Positions 1 through 12,059 of a stretch of 64,000 bases of DNA are shown piece by piece (positions within the stretch are counted from its first letter, which is position 1; each line of letters starts with the position of its first letter). The position numbers and the translations under genes were made by a program. The notes below the pieces were generated by a model that ran no database searches, was not told the origin of the DNA, and saw nothing but the letters and a program-made list of their open reading frames with translations. Origin of the DNA: Elsinoe ampelina (taxonomy: Eukaryota); assembly GCA_010093995.1 (NCBI GenBank), contig ML992501.1, forward strand, positions 2,297,320 through 2,361,319, in the 5' to 3' direction.

Positions 1-478
1 AAGGCTTGGTGATGAAATACACTGCTAATCTCGACATGAGGCAGCTAGATGCTGGAAAGCAGAAGTTCTCCCCAGGAATGACAGCAACGCAGGCTCATGA
101 TCATGCAAGACCACGTGGATGGGACCTTCAAAGTCTGCATCGAGAGATGCATATGCGAGATGCCTGCAACGATAAGATCCGCACGCGGACTACTGATGTC
201 CTAACCCCGTTCCTCGGCCGGTTGAAGGAGAAGCAAGAGTGGTTCGCGGATCGTAAGTCTCCAGGCACGCCGGCACGACAGTCAATTTCATCACACCCAA
301 TCCATCACGATCGACGCGACACGGCTCGAGGCCAATTCGACCCCAGAGTCACCGTCTCCGGATTTGCTGGAGAGCATGTAGATAAGTATCCGCATCCCCG
401 TGGGACAGAGTATACGGGGTGTAGAGGTCTGGTCCTTTCCTTCTCGTCTCGTTACCTTTCATTGTCCTACCACCCATC

Positions 479-1711
479 ATGTCGTACGACCCAATGCATC
501 GTCTGAAGACCAACGACATGGAGATTGGTGCTACCGAAGCTGCTGCGAAGCACTTCGAGCGCCATCTTGTAGCCACCAAGCCAGTCTCCCAACGCAAGCT
601 CAACTTCGAGCGATCCCGGCCACGGTGGTTGCGTGAGATGCTCGCCGAAATGACCGGGGTCTTCTTCTACGGTCAGTCTCTCCGTGTACACACATCCACT
701 CACCACTAACAATCACCAGTCTACCCCGGCATCGCCGCCACAGCCTCCACCTTCCTCAACCAAATCACCATCGAAAATGCTACCACGCTCCCCAGCACCC
801 CCAACCCCGCCTTCGGCTCCATCTTCCAAGTCGGCTGGGCCTTCGCCCTCGGCATCGCCTTCGCCATCATCGTCTGCGCCCCCACCTCCGGCGGACACTT
901 CAACCCCGCCATAACAATCTGCTTCGCCGTGTGGCAAGGCTTCCCCTGGAAAAAAGTCCCCTACTACATCTTCTCGCAAATCTTCGGGGCCTTCCTCGCC
1001 GGCCTCCTCGTCTACGCCCAATACAACCAACAAATCACGCTCTACACGTCGCAAGTCGTGGCCGAAGGCATCGGCCCAGTCTTCAACGGCGGACCAGCGA
1101 GTATCTTCTGTGTCTTCCCCAGCGGACCCGCAGCTTACCCTGCCTCCCACACGCAATCCCCCGGCTTCCTCTTCCTGATCGAGTTCTTCGTCGACTTCTA
1201 CATCGGCATGATCATCTGGGCCTGCCTCGACCCGGCCAACCCTTTCGTATCCCCGCAATCCGCCCCCTTCGCCATCGGTCTCGCCTACGCCGTCATGGTC
1301 TGGGGCTTCGCGGGCGTCACCATCTCGACCAACCTGGCCCGTGACCTGGGCACGCGTATCGTGGCGGCGATCTTCTTCGGCGGCGACGCGTTTGCTTACA
1401 TGACGTATTCGCCCATCAGTATACTGGTGAATGTCCCCGCGACCCTCTGTGCCACGGCATATTACGAGTTGGTCATGCGGGATAGTTTGCAGAAGATTGG
1501 CAAGGGGGCGGCGGTGCATGAGGGGGGCGAGGAGGGGTTGGCGTTGCATTTGACCAAGAGTGGGATTCCGATGGAGAGGGATGGGATGCCGGTTATGGAG
1601 AAGGGGTATACGAATGCTGTGGAGAATGGGTATGCGAATGGGTTTAGTAGCGCGAATGTGAATGGGGGCACGAGGCACAGGGGTGGGGAGGAGGTGGAGG
1701 AGCAGGTTTGA
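479..1711 (+). CDS. Aquaglyceroporin (MIP family); intron 672-719
   Basis: Spliced product (GTCAGT...CTAAC...CAG) reads ...GVFFYVYPGIAA...SGGHFNPAITICFAVW...ISTNLARDLGTRI: NPA/NLA boxes and multiple TM segments. Confidence 0.93.
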
Positions 1712-1918
1712 GTGGTGGGGAAGGGTAGGTGAGATGTCTTGCCTGGGTGGCTGTAGGAAAAACGAGATGTGGTGTAGGGAAATGTAGATGTGCCTTTGCA
1801 ATGCTTGGGTATCTCAAATGCAGTAGAAGTGCATGCAACTTTTCATCCTTTCCAGCCGGCCAGCCCCTGTCAAGTTCGATCACACTCTCCTCATGCTTCC
1901 CCTTAACAACGAAGACGA

Positions 1919-2653
1919 CTATTCCTCCTCATCACTGGTTGCTTCGTGATTGCCTTTGTCGAACTTGAATCGGTCAAGCTTGCTCCTACTGGTCGTGTTC
2001 CCGGTTGTTTTATCCTCTTTTACAGGTTTACCTACCGCATTTCCCTCGCCCTCTTCCTCCTCGTCTGCTTCCTCTTGGTCGTTCTCTTCGCCCGGCTCAT
2101 CCTCCTTGGCAGGTGCCGTGCTCTTTCCACTATAGCTGGGTCTTCCTACCTCGATACCTTGCTTTTTGAGTGTGTCCTCGATCTGCGGCAAAAGTCCCAG
2201 GAGTACTTCGTATTGCTCCATCGGCATTGCGATGCCCTGGGTATGTTAGCGCTCGTTCCACAGAGCCTGCCTGGGTAGGTCCCTTCATTGACAGTCTTCG
2301 TTTGGACAAAGCCGCCAATTGAACGCTAGCTCCTGAATTGTAGGATCAGCAAGGACATACCTTCTTTCCCGGTAGTTGCTTTCCGTCCTTCTCATAGTAC
2401 TCCCTGATGTTCACCATGCTCTTTCCTTTGAACGATGTGATTGACACACGGCGATTATTTGATAACTATCGAAGCATTAGAGGGTCTTCATGGGATTTCA
2501 AGAAGACGGTGGACTCGCCTCCCAGTACATTTCCCCATCGTTCCCCCCCAATGCTGTGCCTGGAGCCGAAGCTGTCGAGCTCTTCCCGCGTTTCGCTGGC
2601 GGGGAATCCGAATCTGCATCGAGGGCGCGTTTGGCTGATTTGAATTTGGGCAT
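1919..2653 (-). CDS. SUB1: Transcriptional coactivator PC4/Sub1; introns 2466-2518 (GC-AG) and 2237-2360
   Basis: Spliced product MPKFKSAKR...MYWE|LSNNRRVSITSFKGKSMVNIREYYEKDGKQLPGKK|GIAMPMEQYEVLLGLLPQIE is the PC4 domain signature, followed by an acidic tail. Confidence 0.92.
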
Positions 2654-3287
2654 TGTGTTTTGTGCTTGGAAAAGGGGAATTAATTCTCAGAGGAAAGTAA
2701 TCGATGGACAAGTATCGCAGTGGATGATGTGTGGAGAGCTTCTGTGGCAGCAGCCGCGTCGCGTCAAAGTGAAGCCGGAGCTTAAAGTGGATGACGTCAT
2801 CGTCGAGATGCGACCTATTGACGCTGGCGAACCATCTGTGCTCTTTCCTACTCACATCAATAGTGGAGTATTCGGAGTGAAGAAAGTGATTATGCTGCGG
2901 CAAGTGAGTGTCTATGTAGGTCAATTTATTTTGTTCCATTTTTTAGTTCTGCTTGAGCTTATCCTGCTCTGTACCGATGCGAGATCACCGCGACCTTGTT
3001 TCTAGCACAAGCTCTGATACTGCTTCCACCTCTTCGAGCTATTCATACCCTCACCATCATGCACTTCAACACGATATCAATCACGCAAAATTCCCTGGTC
3101 ACAGCAATGCATGTGATCGATCACCCATTCAACTTGAGTGTCCCAAATACGTTGCTTCTGCGAGAAAGCAAAAAGGCACAGTATGAACCTTCTACGTCTA
3201 AATGAAAAGTGTCCAACAACACGATGAGGAGACTTCACACAATGAATGCTGATCCTGATATACTTCATAACATGGTAATACGCACTG

Positions 3288-3296
3288 GTATAAAAG
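3288..3296 (+). promoter_or_regulatory. TATA-like element upstream of the 3386 ORF
   Basis: TATAAAAG about 95 nt upstream of the ATG. Confidence 0.35.
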
Positions 3297-3385
3297 TCCC
3301 TCGATGGCAGTCTTCATTCTCCCCCTCTTCAGCATAACCCATCCCCACACTGTACACCAGCAGCAAGGACAACACCAAAGCCACC

Positions 3386-4381
3386 ATGGAGGACATCAAG
3401 ACAGCCAGCATGGAGACCATCATCTCCCCCTGCACAGCCCCCAGGGCACATCCCTGCTTCCACACCCGCTCTCCGCCCCCCTCTCCCACCTCCTCCTCAG
3501 GCAGCCTCACCCCAACCAACACCCCGGCGACCAAACCCACCGCGATCCCCCGCCCCTCCGCCATCCCAACAGGCGACGACAGCCCCTTCTTCTCCCCGAC
3601 GCCATCCCCCACGCCACGGCCCATCCCACGGCCCCGCCCCTTCCCCCTCCCAAACCCCAGGACCCAACCCCGTATCCCGCCCCCCGTCTCCGCCCCCCCT
3701 TCCCTAAAGCCACAGATCGACGACTTCCCCACCTGCCACCCGCTCCCTCCCCCCTCGCCCAACCGGGAAGTACGCACCACGTATCTGCCCCCCTCGTCGC
3801 AGCGCTACACCCCCTACGGCCCGCAGCAGCTCTCCAGATGGGGCTCCACTCCCGTGCACGTCCTCGAGCAAAGGGAGGAGAGGTACTGCGCTTTGATCAG
3901 GTGCAGCGACGCCAGGCGTCGCGAGCAGATCGGGCGCGAGAGGTGGTGTGTCGATAGGGCGCGGTACTTGCGGGAGGTGGCGAGGGGTGAGCGGGAGGTG
4001 GCGAAAGGCGAGGGGGAGGGGGAGGGGGAGGGGCAGAGGGGAGAGCAAGTGGAGGGGAACCAGGAGGGGCAGCAAGTGAGAGGGGGTGTGAGCGCGAGGG
4101 CAGGTGGGGTGGGTGGGCAGGGGATGCAGTTGCGGGAGATGGGGACGAGGGAGGAGGAGCGGCTGGGGCGGGAGGATGAGGAGGTGATTGAGCGGGCCGA
4201 GAGGGATGTGGAGCGCCAGAGGGATGAGGATGGGGATGAGGAGGGATGGAGGGGGAGGACGGGCGGGGGTTGTAATAAGGTGGGCCAGGTGATTCTGGCG
4301 GTGGTGATACTTGGGCTGATCATCGCGGGGACTGCGTATGGGTCGGCGGTGTATACCAACGGGCAGGAGAAGCCGCAGTAG
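3386..4381 (+). CDS. Hypothetical protein: Pro-rich N-terminus, charged middle, single C-terminal TM helix
   Basis: 331-aa ORF with good ATG context (CACCATGG); hydrophobic VILAVVILGLIIAGTAYG near the C-terminus. Confidence 0.6.
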   Translation: MEDIKTASMETIISPCTAPRAHPCFHTRSPPPSPTSSSGSLTPTNTPATKPTAIPRPSAIPTGDDSPFFSPTPSPTPRPIPRPRPFPLPNPRTQPRIPPPVSAPPSLKPQIDDFPTCHPLPPPSPNREVRTTYLPPSSQRYTPYGPQQLSRWGSTPVHVLEQREERYCALIRCSDARRREQIGRERWCVDRARYLREVARGEREVAKGEGEGEGEGQRGEQVEGNQEGQQVRGGVSARAGGVGGQGMQLREMGTREEERLGREDEEVIERAERDVERQRDEDGDEEGWRGRTGGGCNKVGQVILAVVILGLIIAGTAYGSAVYTNGQEKPQ

Positions 4382-4513
4382 GGGAGCACTGGGTTCCGAT
4401 GCAGGTTGGGGAAAGGCCATCACACTCATGCCTTGGCCGTTGGTTGTTGGTGTTTAGCATGGAATCCGGGACCACTGTGTTCTTGTGGGCCTGTACATGA
4501 CCCGAGTATTTGA

Positions 4514-6180
4514 TTAGCATTTTCTATGTATCTGCCATATACCCAAGCCTCGTCTGCCCACGACTCTCTGCAGTGTGGGCCAAATACCATCGTCACCAAA
4601 GTCCAAGTCGTCCAGATTAAGGTGATTACGATAGTCCCACTTTCTCGTCAATGTGAAAGGCAGTCCATCACGATCGAGAAACTTCTTTTCCATATATTGA
4701 TCCAGGTACGTTGCGCTGAGAGGCGCGACCAGGAGAGACTTTGAAGTCGCATCACACTGTATGTGCTCGGTCAAATATGTTGTCATGTTCGCTCCTGGCC
4801 GTCCCATGAGGTCGTGAGTGGTCACGGAACTACCCTCGGTCCCAAGGAGGTAAACAGGTGGGCTGAGAGTCTTCCACCAGAAAGTCTGCGCATAGGACTC
4901 TTGATCTCCGATCCACAGCTGGGCAGGTACCACACCTCCTTGATGATAGACCCCCATGAGAATACCCAAAGCAGAGTTGAAGACTAGCCAGACGCTAAAG
5001 AAGGTGCGGATGTATTTTGAGGATATCTGTATGGACGAAAGAAGCAGTGGTACTGCGGGAATCAGAAATCTGGCTTCTTGGTGCTTGAAGCAAGATAAGA
5101 TGATGACGGCCGAGAGAGCAGAATAGAAGGTTGAGCTGAGGCGAGGACGGACGAATATCAGAGGGAATGCTGGTCCGAGAAGTTGTGGCAGATTGACCAA
5201 GACATGTTGGTAGAAGGGATGCAAGCCATGCTCGGCCAGATTGGCAGGATCAAGGTTATAGCTGAGATTGTTGACTGGGGTGATGACGATCTTCTGGAGG
5301 AAATCGGACATGTTGACTTTGCCAGAGCTGTACCATTCTGTATCGAGGATGATTGCAAAAGCCAGATTGAGGAAGCCAGACGCTATCATTACAACTAGAC
5401 ACCATGGCCTGCAATAAGTCAGCGATGGTGTTACAGATGACTAGCGATGGGGCCATACTTGATTCTGAAATGAGGGAGCAATTGCAAAAGGGGTATCACA
5501 AGAAATGCTGGAAAGGTGATGCGATTGAAGGTACCAAGGACTGCTAGGAATCCGACAAGATATGAGTACAGAAGCTGAGAGGATTTCTTGTGCTTGTCAG
5601 TAAACTGGCCTATCACGGTCATTATCATGCTTACCTTGTCCTCCTGTATGCGATGAATGAAGACCAGAGACCACAATACCACCAGTGTCTCTATCGAATT
5701 GGAAAAGGTGTGGCTCTGCCAGGTCCAGGTCACGTATGAGGAGGCGACAAGAAGGATGCCGATACGGCGTTGGCGAGGAGTCGGGAGCAGTTCGTGGAGC
5801 GCCCAGTCCTCAAGGACGAAGCTCATGGTGAACATGATGAGCCTCAGTCCGTAGTAGATTACATTCGGCGGTACGGTACCGAAGCCGAGACCGTCCCAGA
5901 TCCAATGGAGGATAGTGAGTGGCCAGCCGTAGATGAGCCATAGCGGGAAGATGCTTCGGATGGGTGTGGCTGAAGTGAATTCCCACGTCAAGTTGGATCG
6001 AGTATGGAATATCTGACCTGTTTGTCATGATCAGTGACGCGTCAATGCACGCGTTCGTGGTCATAAGATACCTGCAATGACTTCTGGCCCCTGGAAGTGT
6101 TCATCGGGATGGAGATAGCTCGGTGAAACGGCAAAGTACAGGCGGAGCAGTACCAGCCCCAAATAAGTTCGCCTCCACAT
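4514..6180 (-). CDS. SMP3: GPI mannosyltransferase 4 (Smp3/PIG-Z, GT22); about 3 introns
   Basis: [88 protein letters not shown]. Confidence 0.93.
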
Positions 6181-7097
6181 CAGAGTTCCAGATGGGTTGA
6201 GTCAGTGGCTACATGTGTATATTGTCGCATTGTTGTTTGGCAAGAGATGGATGGAGAGGTTGACAAGGCCTCGAGGCAGTCCAGACAAGGGGTCGACTTG
6301 GTGAGATGTGGCGCGTGAGGCGCGTCGTTTGTTGAGATTGCGCGCGGCTGGCAAGATGAAATCGTCTGATTTCTCTTCCAACACCTCTTGATCACTTCAA
6401 TGACAACAAGTATGCATTGCGAGACACATGTGAAGTATCCGAGTGCGGCAGTGATGGAATTCAATCGTCTGCGAAAGGACTTTGCTCATGGTCATGTGGC
6501 CAAGATTCAGAGGTCACCTGACCCATCTCAAGCCTCTGCGTCACTTCGACTTCTCAAGTGAAGACATCGTTGGTCGTGTCGAAGGAAGAGGAGACAGCTA
6601 GGCCCTCTGGGTTCATAAGTAACGCATATCGCTTTCGATTGGAATGCGCTGGCACTGTGCAACTAATCTATATATTCGGCGATCATCCTGTCCCTTCTCC
6701 CGAGTCAATTTTCCGACCTATTGATCGACAGCGGACCTCTACCACGCACCTATTCGGCATCTGCGGACAGCAACTAGCCTGCGCCCAGCCGAGCATCGCT
6801 AACGGGCCATTCGGATGCTGCAGGGTCTTGACAGCGTGCCCTGCAGTAGGGCAGACTCTTCACCGGAACATGTTCAATCTGGACAAGGTGCTTTCTCGCT
6901 TGCATGCACTCTGCCTTCATGTTGAACAGAGACGACGCTGCAAGTCGCTGTTGTACTGTACCTATTGCCCTACTTGGCGTAGTTGCCTTTTGTGTGATAT
7001 CGTCTCAAGGGCCAGTAAGTCAAGTATTTCACTCAATTTATCCATGATCCCTTCTCCTCTCTGCTCTTGTCCATTTCCGCAGTCAAGGTCAAGAAAA

Positions 7098-8757
7098 ATG
7101 CTCAACCTCCGCCACACACTGCTAGCATCTCTGCTTCCTGCTAGCTTGGCACAAGTCGAGCCATCCTTCGAAAATGCCGAATTCAACCCCATCGATGCTC
7201 TGAAGAGCCTTGACGTCGATGTGTCGATACTGCCGGGCGTCGGCAACGGCGGACGCACAATCTCACCATGTGCAAGTGCAGTACGTCTAATCACTACCAG
7301 CAAAGCTCCTTACTGACATCTGCCAGTGCGCCGCATTGACATCCATCTATGGGTCGGATCAAGTACTCGCCCAAACCACTGAATCCTACGAGAATTTTAC
7401 CACCTCGTACTACTCCGTTATCCAGAGGGACGTCAGACCCTTCTGCGTATTCAAGCCTGCAGACGACAAGGCAGTCTCTGTGGTCGTCCTCCTATCCCGC
7501 CTGACCCAATGTCCCTTCGCTGTCAAGAGTGGCGGTCATGCCATGTTCGAAGGCTCGTCCAGCTTCGAGGGGGGCATCACTGTCTCGCTCGAACTCCTCA
7601 ACAGCATCTCCGTCTCGGCCGATAAGAGCATCGCTTCGGTCGGAGCAGGCAATAAGTGGGGTCCGACTTACACAAGGCTCGCCGAGGAAGACCTCACTGT
7701 TCTCGGCGGTCGTGTGTACGACATCGGCGTTGGGGGCTTGACTACGGGCGGTGGCATCTCCTTCTTCGCCAGTCTTCGAGGCTGGGGCTGCGACAACGTA
7801 GCCAGCTATGAAGTCGTCACGGCAAATGGCGTCAAGGTCACTGCATCGCCAAGGGTGAATCCGGACTTGTATTGGGCGCTCCGCGGCGGTGGTCCGAATT
7901 TTGGAATCGTCACCCGATTCAACTACGAGACCCTCGAACTACCAGGCAATACCCTCTGGGGAGGAAGCCGTATCCTCCTCGAGTCCGAATTCGCCGCCGC
8001 AACCCGCGCCTTCACCAATGTGGGGAACAATTCTCCCCAAGACCCTCTGGCTGGACAATGGATCGCTTGGATCGTCAACAATGGCACCAAGATGGCATCA
8101 GCAGAGTTATGGTATGGCAAGCCCGGGGGTGACCAAGCTGCCATCTTTTCCGAGTATCTGGCCATCCCCACCGTCGCCGCGACCACGCAAGACAGGAAGC
8201 TATTCGAGTACACCGCGTTCATCGAGTCTCCTGCCGATCAGCGTGTCGTCTACTACACCATGACATTCAGGAACGATGAAGCCATGAACGGAATCGCCAG
8301 GGACCTGCACTATGAAGCAGCTGCCAAGATCGCTGGTGAAGGCGGCCTGCTGGTCACCGTCTTCCAGATCATCACCGTCCCGCAGATCGAGAAAATGTCC
8401 AAGAATGGAGGCAATCCCCTGGGGCTGAAACCAGAAGACGGACCTCTGACGCTGGTCGGCTTGAATTTGTTCTGGCAAGACGCAGCGGATGATAATGCCT
8501 TAATCGACATCGCATCCGATCTGCTAAAGGCCATCAAGGCCGAAGCTGTAGCGAGGGGCCTAGCGAACGATTATGTCTACATGAACTACGCCGCAGAGTT
8601 CCAGGATGTCATCGCAAGCTATGGGGGGGAGAACAAGGCGAGGTTGCAAGCGATCGCGAAGAAATATGACCCGCAAGGTGTATTTCAGAAGTTGTCGCCT
8701 GGGTACTTCAAGCTGGATCGAGCTGCTACGCCGGGGACTGATAGGTTCTCTTTTTAG
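7098..8757 (+). CDS. Secreted FAD-linked oxidoreductase (FAD_binding_4/BBE-like); intron 7281-7326
   Basis: Signal peptide MLNLRHTLLASLLPASLA; FAVKSGGH, VGGLTTGGGIS, DLYWALRGGGPNFGIVTRF, YMNYA, KYDPQGVFQ. Confidence 0.93.
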
Positions 8758-8780
8758 AAATTGATCGTGTCACGTGAGCT

Positions 8781-9959
8781 TCATTCATTCGTGGTCGTCG
8801 TATTTGATTTCTGAGGTGTGCTCCTCTGCTGGGACCGGCCGTTGATCTTTCGTGGTTGTCGTTTGCTTGAGTCTCCTGCATCAGCGCTGTTCTTCCTTGA
8901 CGCAGCGCCACTCGTAGGTGTCGACTCCTGCGGGTGGTTCTGCTTGGTAGTATTATCCTTTGGCTTTGCTGCTCCCTTGTTGTCGCCCTGACTCCTCGTC
9001 TCCAGCTTGCGCGGCTTCTTCTTAACTGCCTGAGGATAGCCATCCGAAGTAGTCGGACGCTTATCATTCCCGCCATTCTCCTTTCCCTTCCCATCCTGCT
9101 TCTCCTGCTCATCCTTAGCAGGCGCAGGAGCAGACGCAGACGCAGGCACCGGCCCATTCCCAAAATCCTTCAACTCCTCCTTCTTCCTCCACGAATCCGG
9201 CAACAGCCCCCTCGCACTCTCCCCCCACCCCTTCTTCGTCTCCCTATCCCCCATCAAATCCCTCACCGCCCCATCCGCGCCATCCCCCGCCGTCATCCCC
9301 TCCAGCTCCTCAATCGTCGGCCTCTCCGTCTCATTCACCTGCCCCACCATCTTCTCCAACTGATACTTCTGCTCCTCCGTGGCCTCCCAACCAGGCCAAT
9401 CCCCCGTGATCTTCCTGATCCCAGCACCCATCGCATCCCCCACCTTAGACCAAGGCCCATGCATCGCCCCGATCGCCGTCCCTATCCCCCCTCCCAACCC
9501 CCCGAAAATCACACTACTCACGCCCCCGACAATCGTCCCCGTGATCGTCCCCAACCCCACCCCGATCCCCGTCCCCAACCCCCCGCCCGCCATCAAGCCC
9601 TGAAACGCCCCAGTCTGCATGTATTTCGCCGTCTTCCCGAACGACTCGGCCTCGACGCTCTTGTTCAGCGCCTCATTGAGCAGCTTCTGACGTTCTTCGG
9701 GGTCGCCCGCGCCGGCCGCTGCTTGGGTGAGATCTTGCGCTTGGCGCTGGAGTTTGAGGGCTTGGTTCGCGGCCTTTGCGGTCTCGCGGCGGCGTTCGGT
9801 TTCGCTGAAGCCTTTGGCTTGGGAGGAGGCGTTGGTCTGCCGGGCGTCGGTGGGAGGGGGTTTGTTGCCCGAAGGCTTGGGTTTGGGTTTCGGGGCGGTG
9901 TTGATGCCTTGCCCCGGCGTGAGGCCGTGGGGGTATTGTTTCTTGGGTTTGGTCGCCAT
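8781..9959 (-). CDS. Hypothetical protein with a glycine-zipper-like hydrophobic segment
   Basis: 392-aa ORF; helical N-terminal region, then GLMAGGGLGTGIGVGLGTITGTIVGGVSSVIFGGLGGGIGTAIGAMHGP. Confidence 0.75.
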   Translation of the reverse strand: MATKPKKQYPHGLTPGQGINTAPKPKPKPSGNKPPPTDARQTNASSQAKGFSETERRRETAKAANQALKLQRQAQDLTQAAAGAGDPEERQKLLNEALNKSVEAESFGKTAKYMQTGAFQGLMAGGGLGTGIGVGLGTITGTIVGGVSSVIFGGLGGGIGTAIGAMHGPWSKVGDAMGAGIRKITGDWPGWEATEEQKYQLEKMVGQVNETERPTIEELEGMTAGDGADGAVRDLMGDRETKKGWGESARGLLPDSWRKKEELKDFGNGPVPASASAPAPAKDEQEKQDGKGKENGGNDKRPTTSDGYPQAVKKKPRKLETRSQGDNKGAAKPKDNTTKQNHPQESTPTSGAASRKNSADAGDSSKRQPRKINGRSQQRSTPQKSNTTTTNE

Positions 9960-10181
9960 TTTGTTGACGGGAAGGTGAGGAGGCTACATGATTGTGAGAG
10001 GGAAATGGTGTTGCCTATGGGTGGGCGCTTGAAGCTGGTGGTGGTGCCAGGAATTTGTGTCGGTGACGTAGTGGGGAAAGTCAATTTGGGGGTTTCTGGG
10101 AGGATGATAACAGTTCTGTCACTTTTCACATTCTTGATACTCGAATAGAGCAAAGTAGTTGTCGCGATCTACCTGATGCAC

Positions 10182-10955
10182 TCAGTGGATATGCAGTCCT
10201 CCACTAATGCCAACCAAAGGGCCATTGACCCATCCAGCACCTTCCTCGCACAGCATCGCAACAACCCATGCCATATCCTCACCGGTCGCCATCCTAGGTT
10301 CGACAGGCGCCGTCTCGACAAACCTATTCAGCTTGTCCTTGAACTCTGGCGGTGCTGCATCCATCATGGGTCTCTGGACTGGACCAGGAACGACGGCATT
10401 GACGGTGCATCCGTACTGCCTTGGTAGTTCTTTCGCCCAGCGCTTTGTGAAAGTTTCAACCATGGCTTTGCTTCCAGCGTACAGTGATATGCCTGGTACC
10501 ATATCACGTGCCGTGACCGAGGCTATGTTGATGATGCGCGAGCTCTTCTTCGACAGGTAGGGGAGAACGGCCTGTATGAGGAGCAACGTCCCGTGTGCAC
10601 TCAGATTGATGACTCGATCCCACGAGTTGAGTGTGATATCTGGAAGCAGACCATCACCTGCAACGCCCGCATTGTTGACGAGGGTATCTATGTGCTCGAA
10701 GTGCTCCGCTGTATGGTCGGCAGGCCAGGTAGCACCCGCAGGGATAGAAAGATCTGCCTCAATGGCGAGTCCTTTGGTCCCAGGTGCCAAAGATGCGAGG
10801 ACCTCTTCAGCAGCGTCATGTTCCGAAGCAAAAGGATAGCTGACGGCGATCGCGCAGCCTCGCTCGGACAGCAGACGTGCAATCGAAGCGCCAATACCGG
10901 AATATGACCCTGAGGTAAGGGCGACCTTGCCGGTAAGGCTTTGAACCTCACCCAT
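10182..10955 (-). CDS. Short-chain dehydrogenase/reductase (FabG-like), possibly degenerating
   Basis: Rossmann-like TSGSYSGIG, LVNNAG, catalytic YAGSK, VNAVVPGP; intact 257-aa ORF. Confidence 0.85.
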   Translation of the reverse strand: MGEVQSLTGKVALTSGSYSGIGASIARLLSERGCAIAVSYPFASEHDAAEEVLASLAPGTKGLAIEADLSIPAGATWPADHTAEHFEHIDTLVNNAGVAGDGLLPDITLNSWDRVINLSAHGTLLLIQAVLPYLSKKSSRIINIASVTARDMVPGISLYAGSKAMVETFTKRWAKELPRQYGCTVNAVVPGPVQRPMMDAAPPEFKDKLNRFVETAPVEPRMATGEDMAWVVAMLCEEGAGWVNGPLVGISGGLHIH

Positions 10956-11305
10956 TGCTCAAAATCTCCGAAATCTCGGGTTGGTACTACTGCTTCACAA
11001 TCGGAGGCATGAGTCCAACTTGATCATGAATCCTGCCAGATGCCATGCATATTGCTGGTCCCAATGGTCTACATGAATGATGAGCAATTGTAGGGAGGTT
11101 GTGTCTACAAGGCTACGGCTCCAGAAAGGTTCCGGTGGTCCGCCCCATGCAGATCTGGGACGTTTTCGATGCTTGCTAAGCTGGGAAAGTCCGCCCTGCA
11201 ACATGGATATGTGGAGAAGAGGTGCTATTCATGTGCATCTCTTGCCCGCGGCATAAGAGCTTAATAATCGTGAATGTTGACATTTCCAACGTGTCGATAG
11301 CACTT

Positions 11306-12059
11306 ATGATTAGCAACAATCACCTACCAGTGCTGGGCCTCCTGGGCTCGGTCCTTGTATGGCTCTTGCAGCGCCATATTGCCGAGCGTCGATATGAAAG
11401 CAAGTACAACTTCCCTGGGCTGGTCCCGGACCTGCCCTTGATCGGCAATGCCCATCAGATGCCGAAGAAGAATCAAGGATCTTTCCTGGCAGAGCTGGCG
11501 AAGTAGCATGGGGAGATGTGAGGGGGCCTACCTTGCATGCAGTATCTTCGTCTAATCTATTCCCAGGTTCACAATCAAGATCGGAGGTACTTACTGGGTG
11601 ATCCTCAACTCCCAACGAACTGCTATTGAACTGCTGGACAAGAGAGCGGCCAAGTATTCCTCGAGAATGCACTTTCCCACGGCAAGCGAGCTTGTGTCTC
11701 GGGGTAATAGGATTCTGCTCATGCAGAGCGGTTCCTCGATGAAGATCTAGACAAGCCGCTGAAAGGTCATCTTGGTTTTGAAGCTGGCAAGTGATTCCAA
11801 GAAGTTAATGTAGCTTGACTACTTCTCGCTTCAGGACGAAGAGCATGCGTCGGATACAACGTGGCCAACCAGAGTATGTTGATCGCAATAGCCAGGTTGG
11901 TGTACTGCTTTGACCGTATGGAAATACCGAAGAGCCAATCAAGCACTCCAATGTTGGCACCTACAGGGCAAGCTCCATTCCGGGCACGACTCCAAGTCGC
12001 GCAGTGAAGCTCATCAAGCCTTGATAGAGAGATCGAACGTGGGCCTGACAGGTCTGTGA
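11306..12059 (+). pseudogene. Cytochrome P450 pseudogene
   Basis: N-terminal anchor and PLIGNAHQMP; in-frame TAG at 11504; intron 11518-11566; ELLDKRAAKYSSR; abrupt jump at about 11724 to ERFLDE...GHLGFEAG|RRACVG (heme Cys); late frameshift. Confidence 0.88.

Noticed and set aside
1327..1350. NLA in place of the second NPA box in the aquaporin
   Set aside because: Known variant in fungal aquaglyceroporins (yeast Fps1 has NLA), so not novel
713..1801. Long antisense or alternate-frame ORFs (713-1801, 3704-4429, 8934-10148, 12530-13327, 18948-19790, 44806-45783, 52879-53703)
   Set aside because: Shadows of real genes, caused by GC-rich codon bias and the skew islands; no protein-like motifs
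2237..2360. Longer second SUB1 intron as a possible snoRNA host
   Set aside because: No convincing box C/D pair or H/ACA architecture seen
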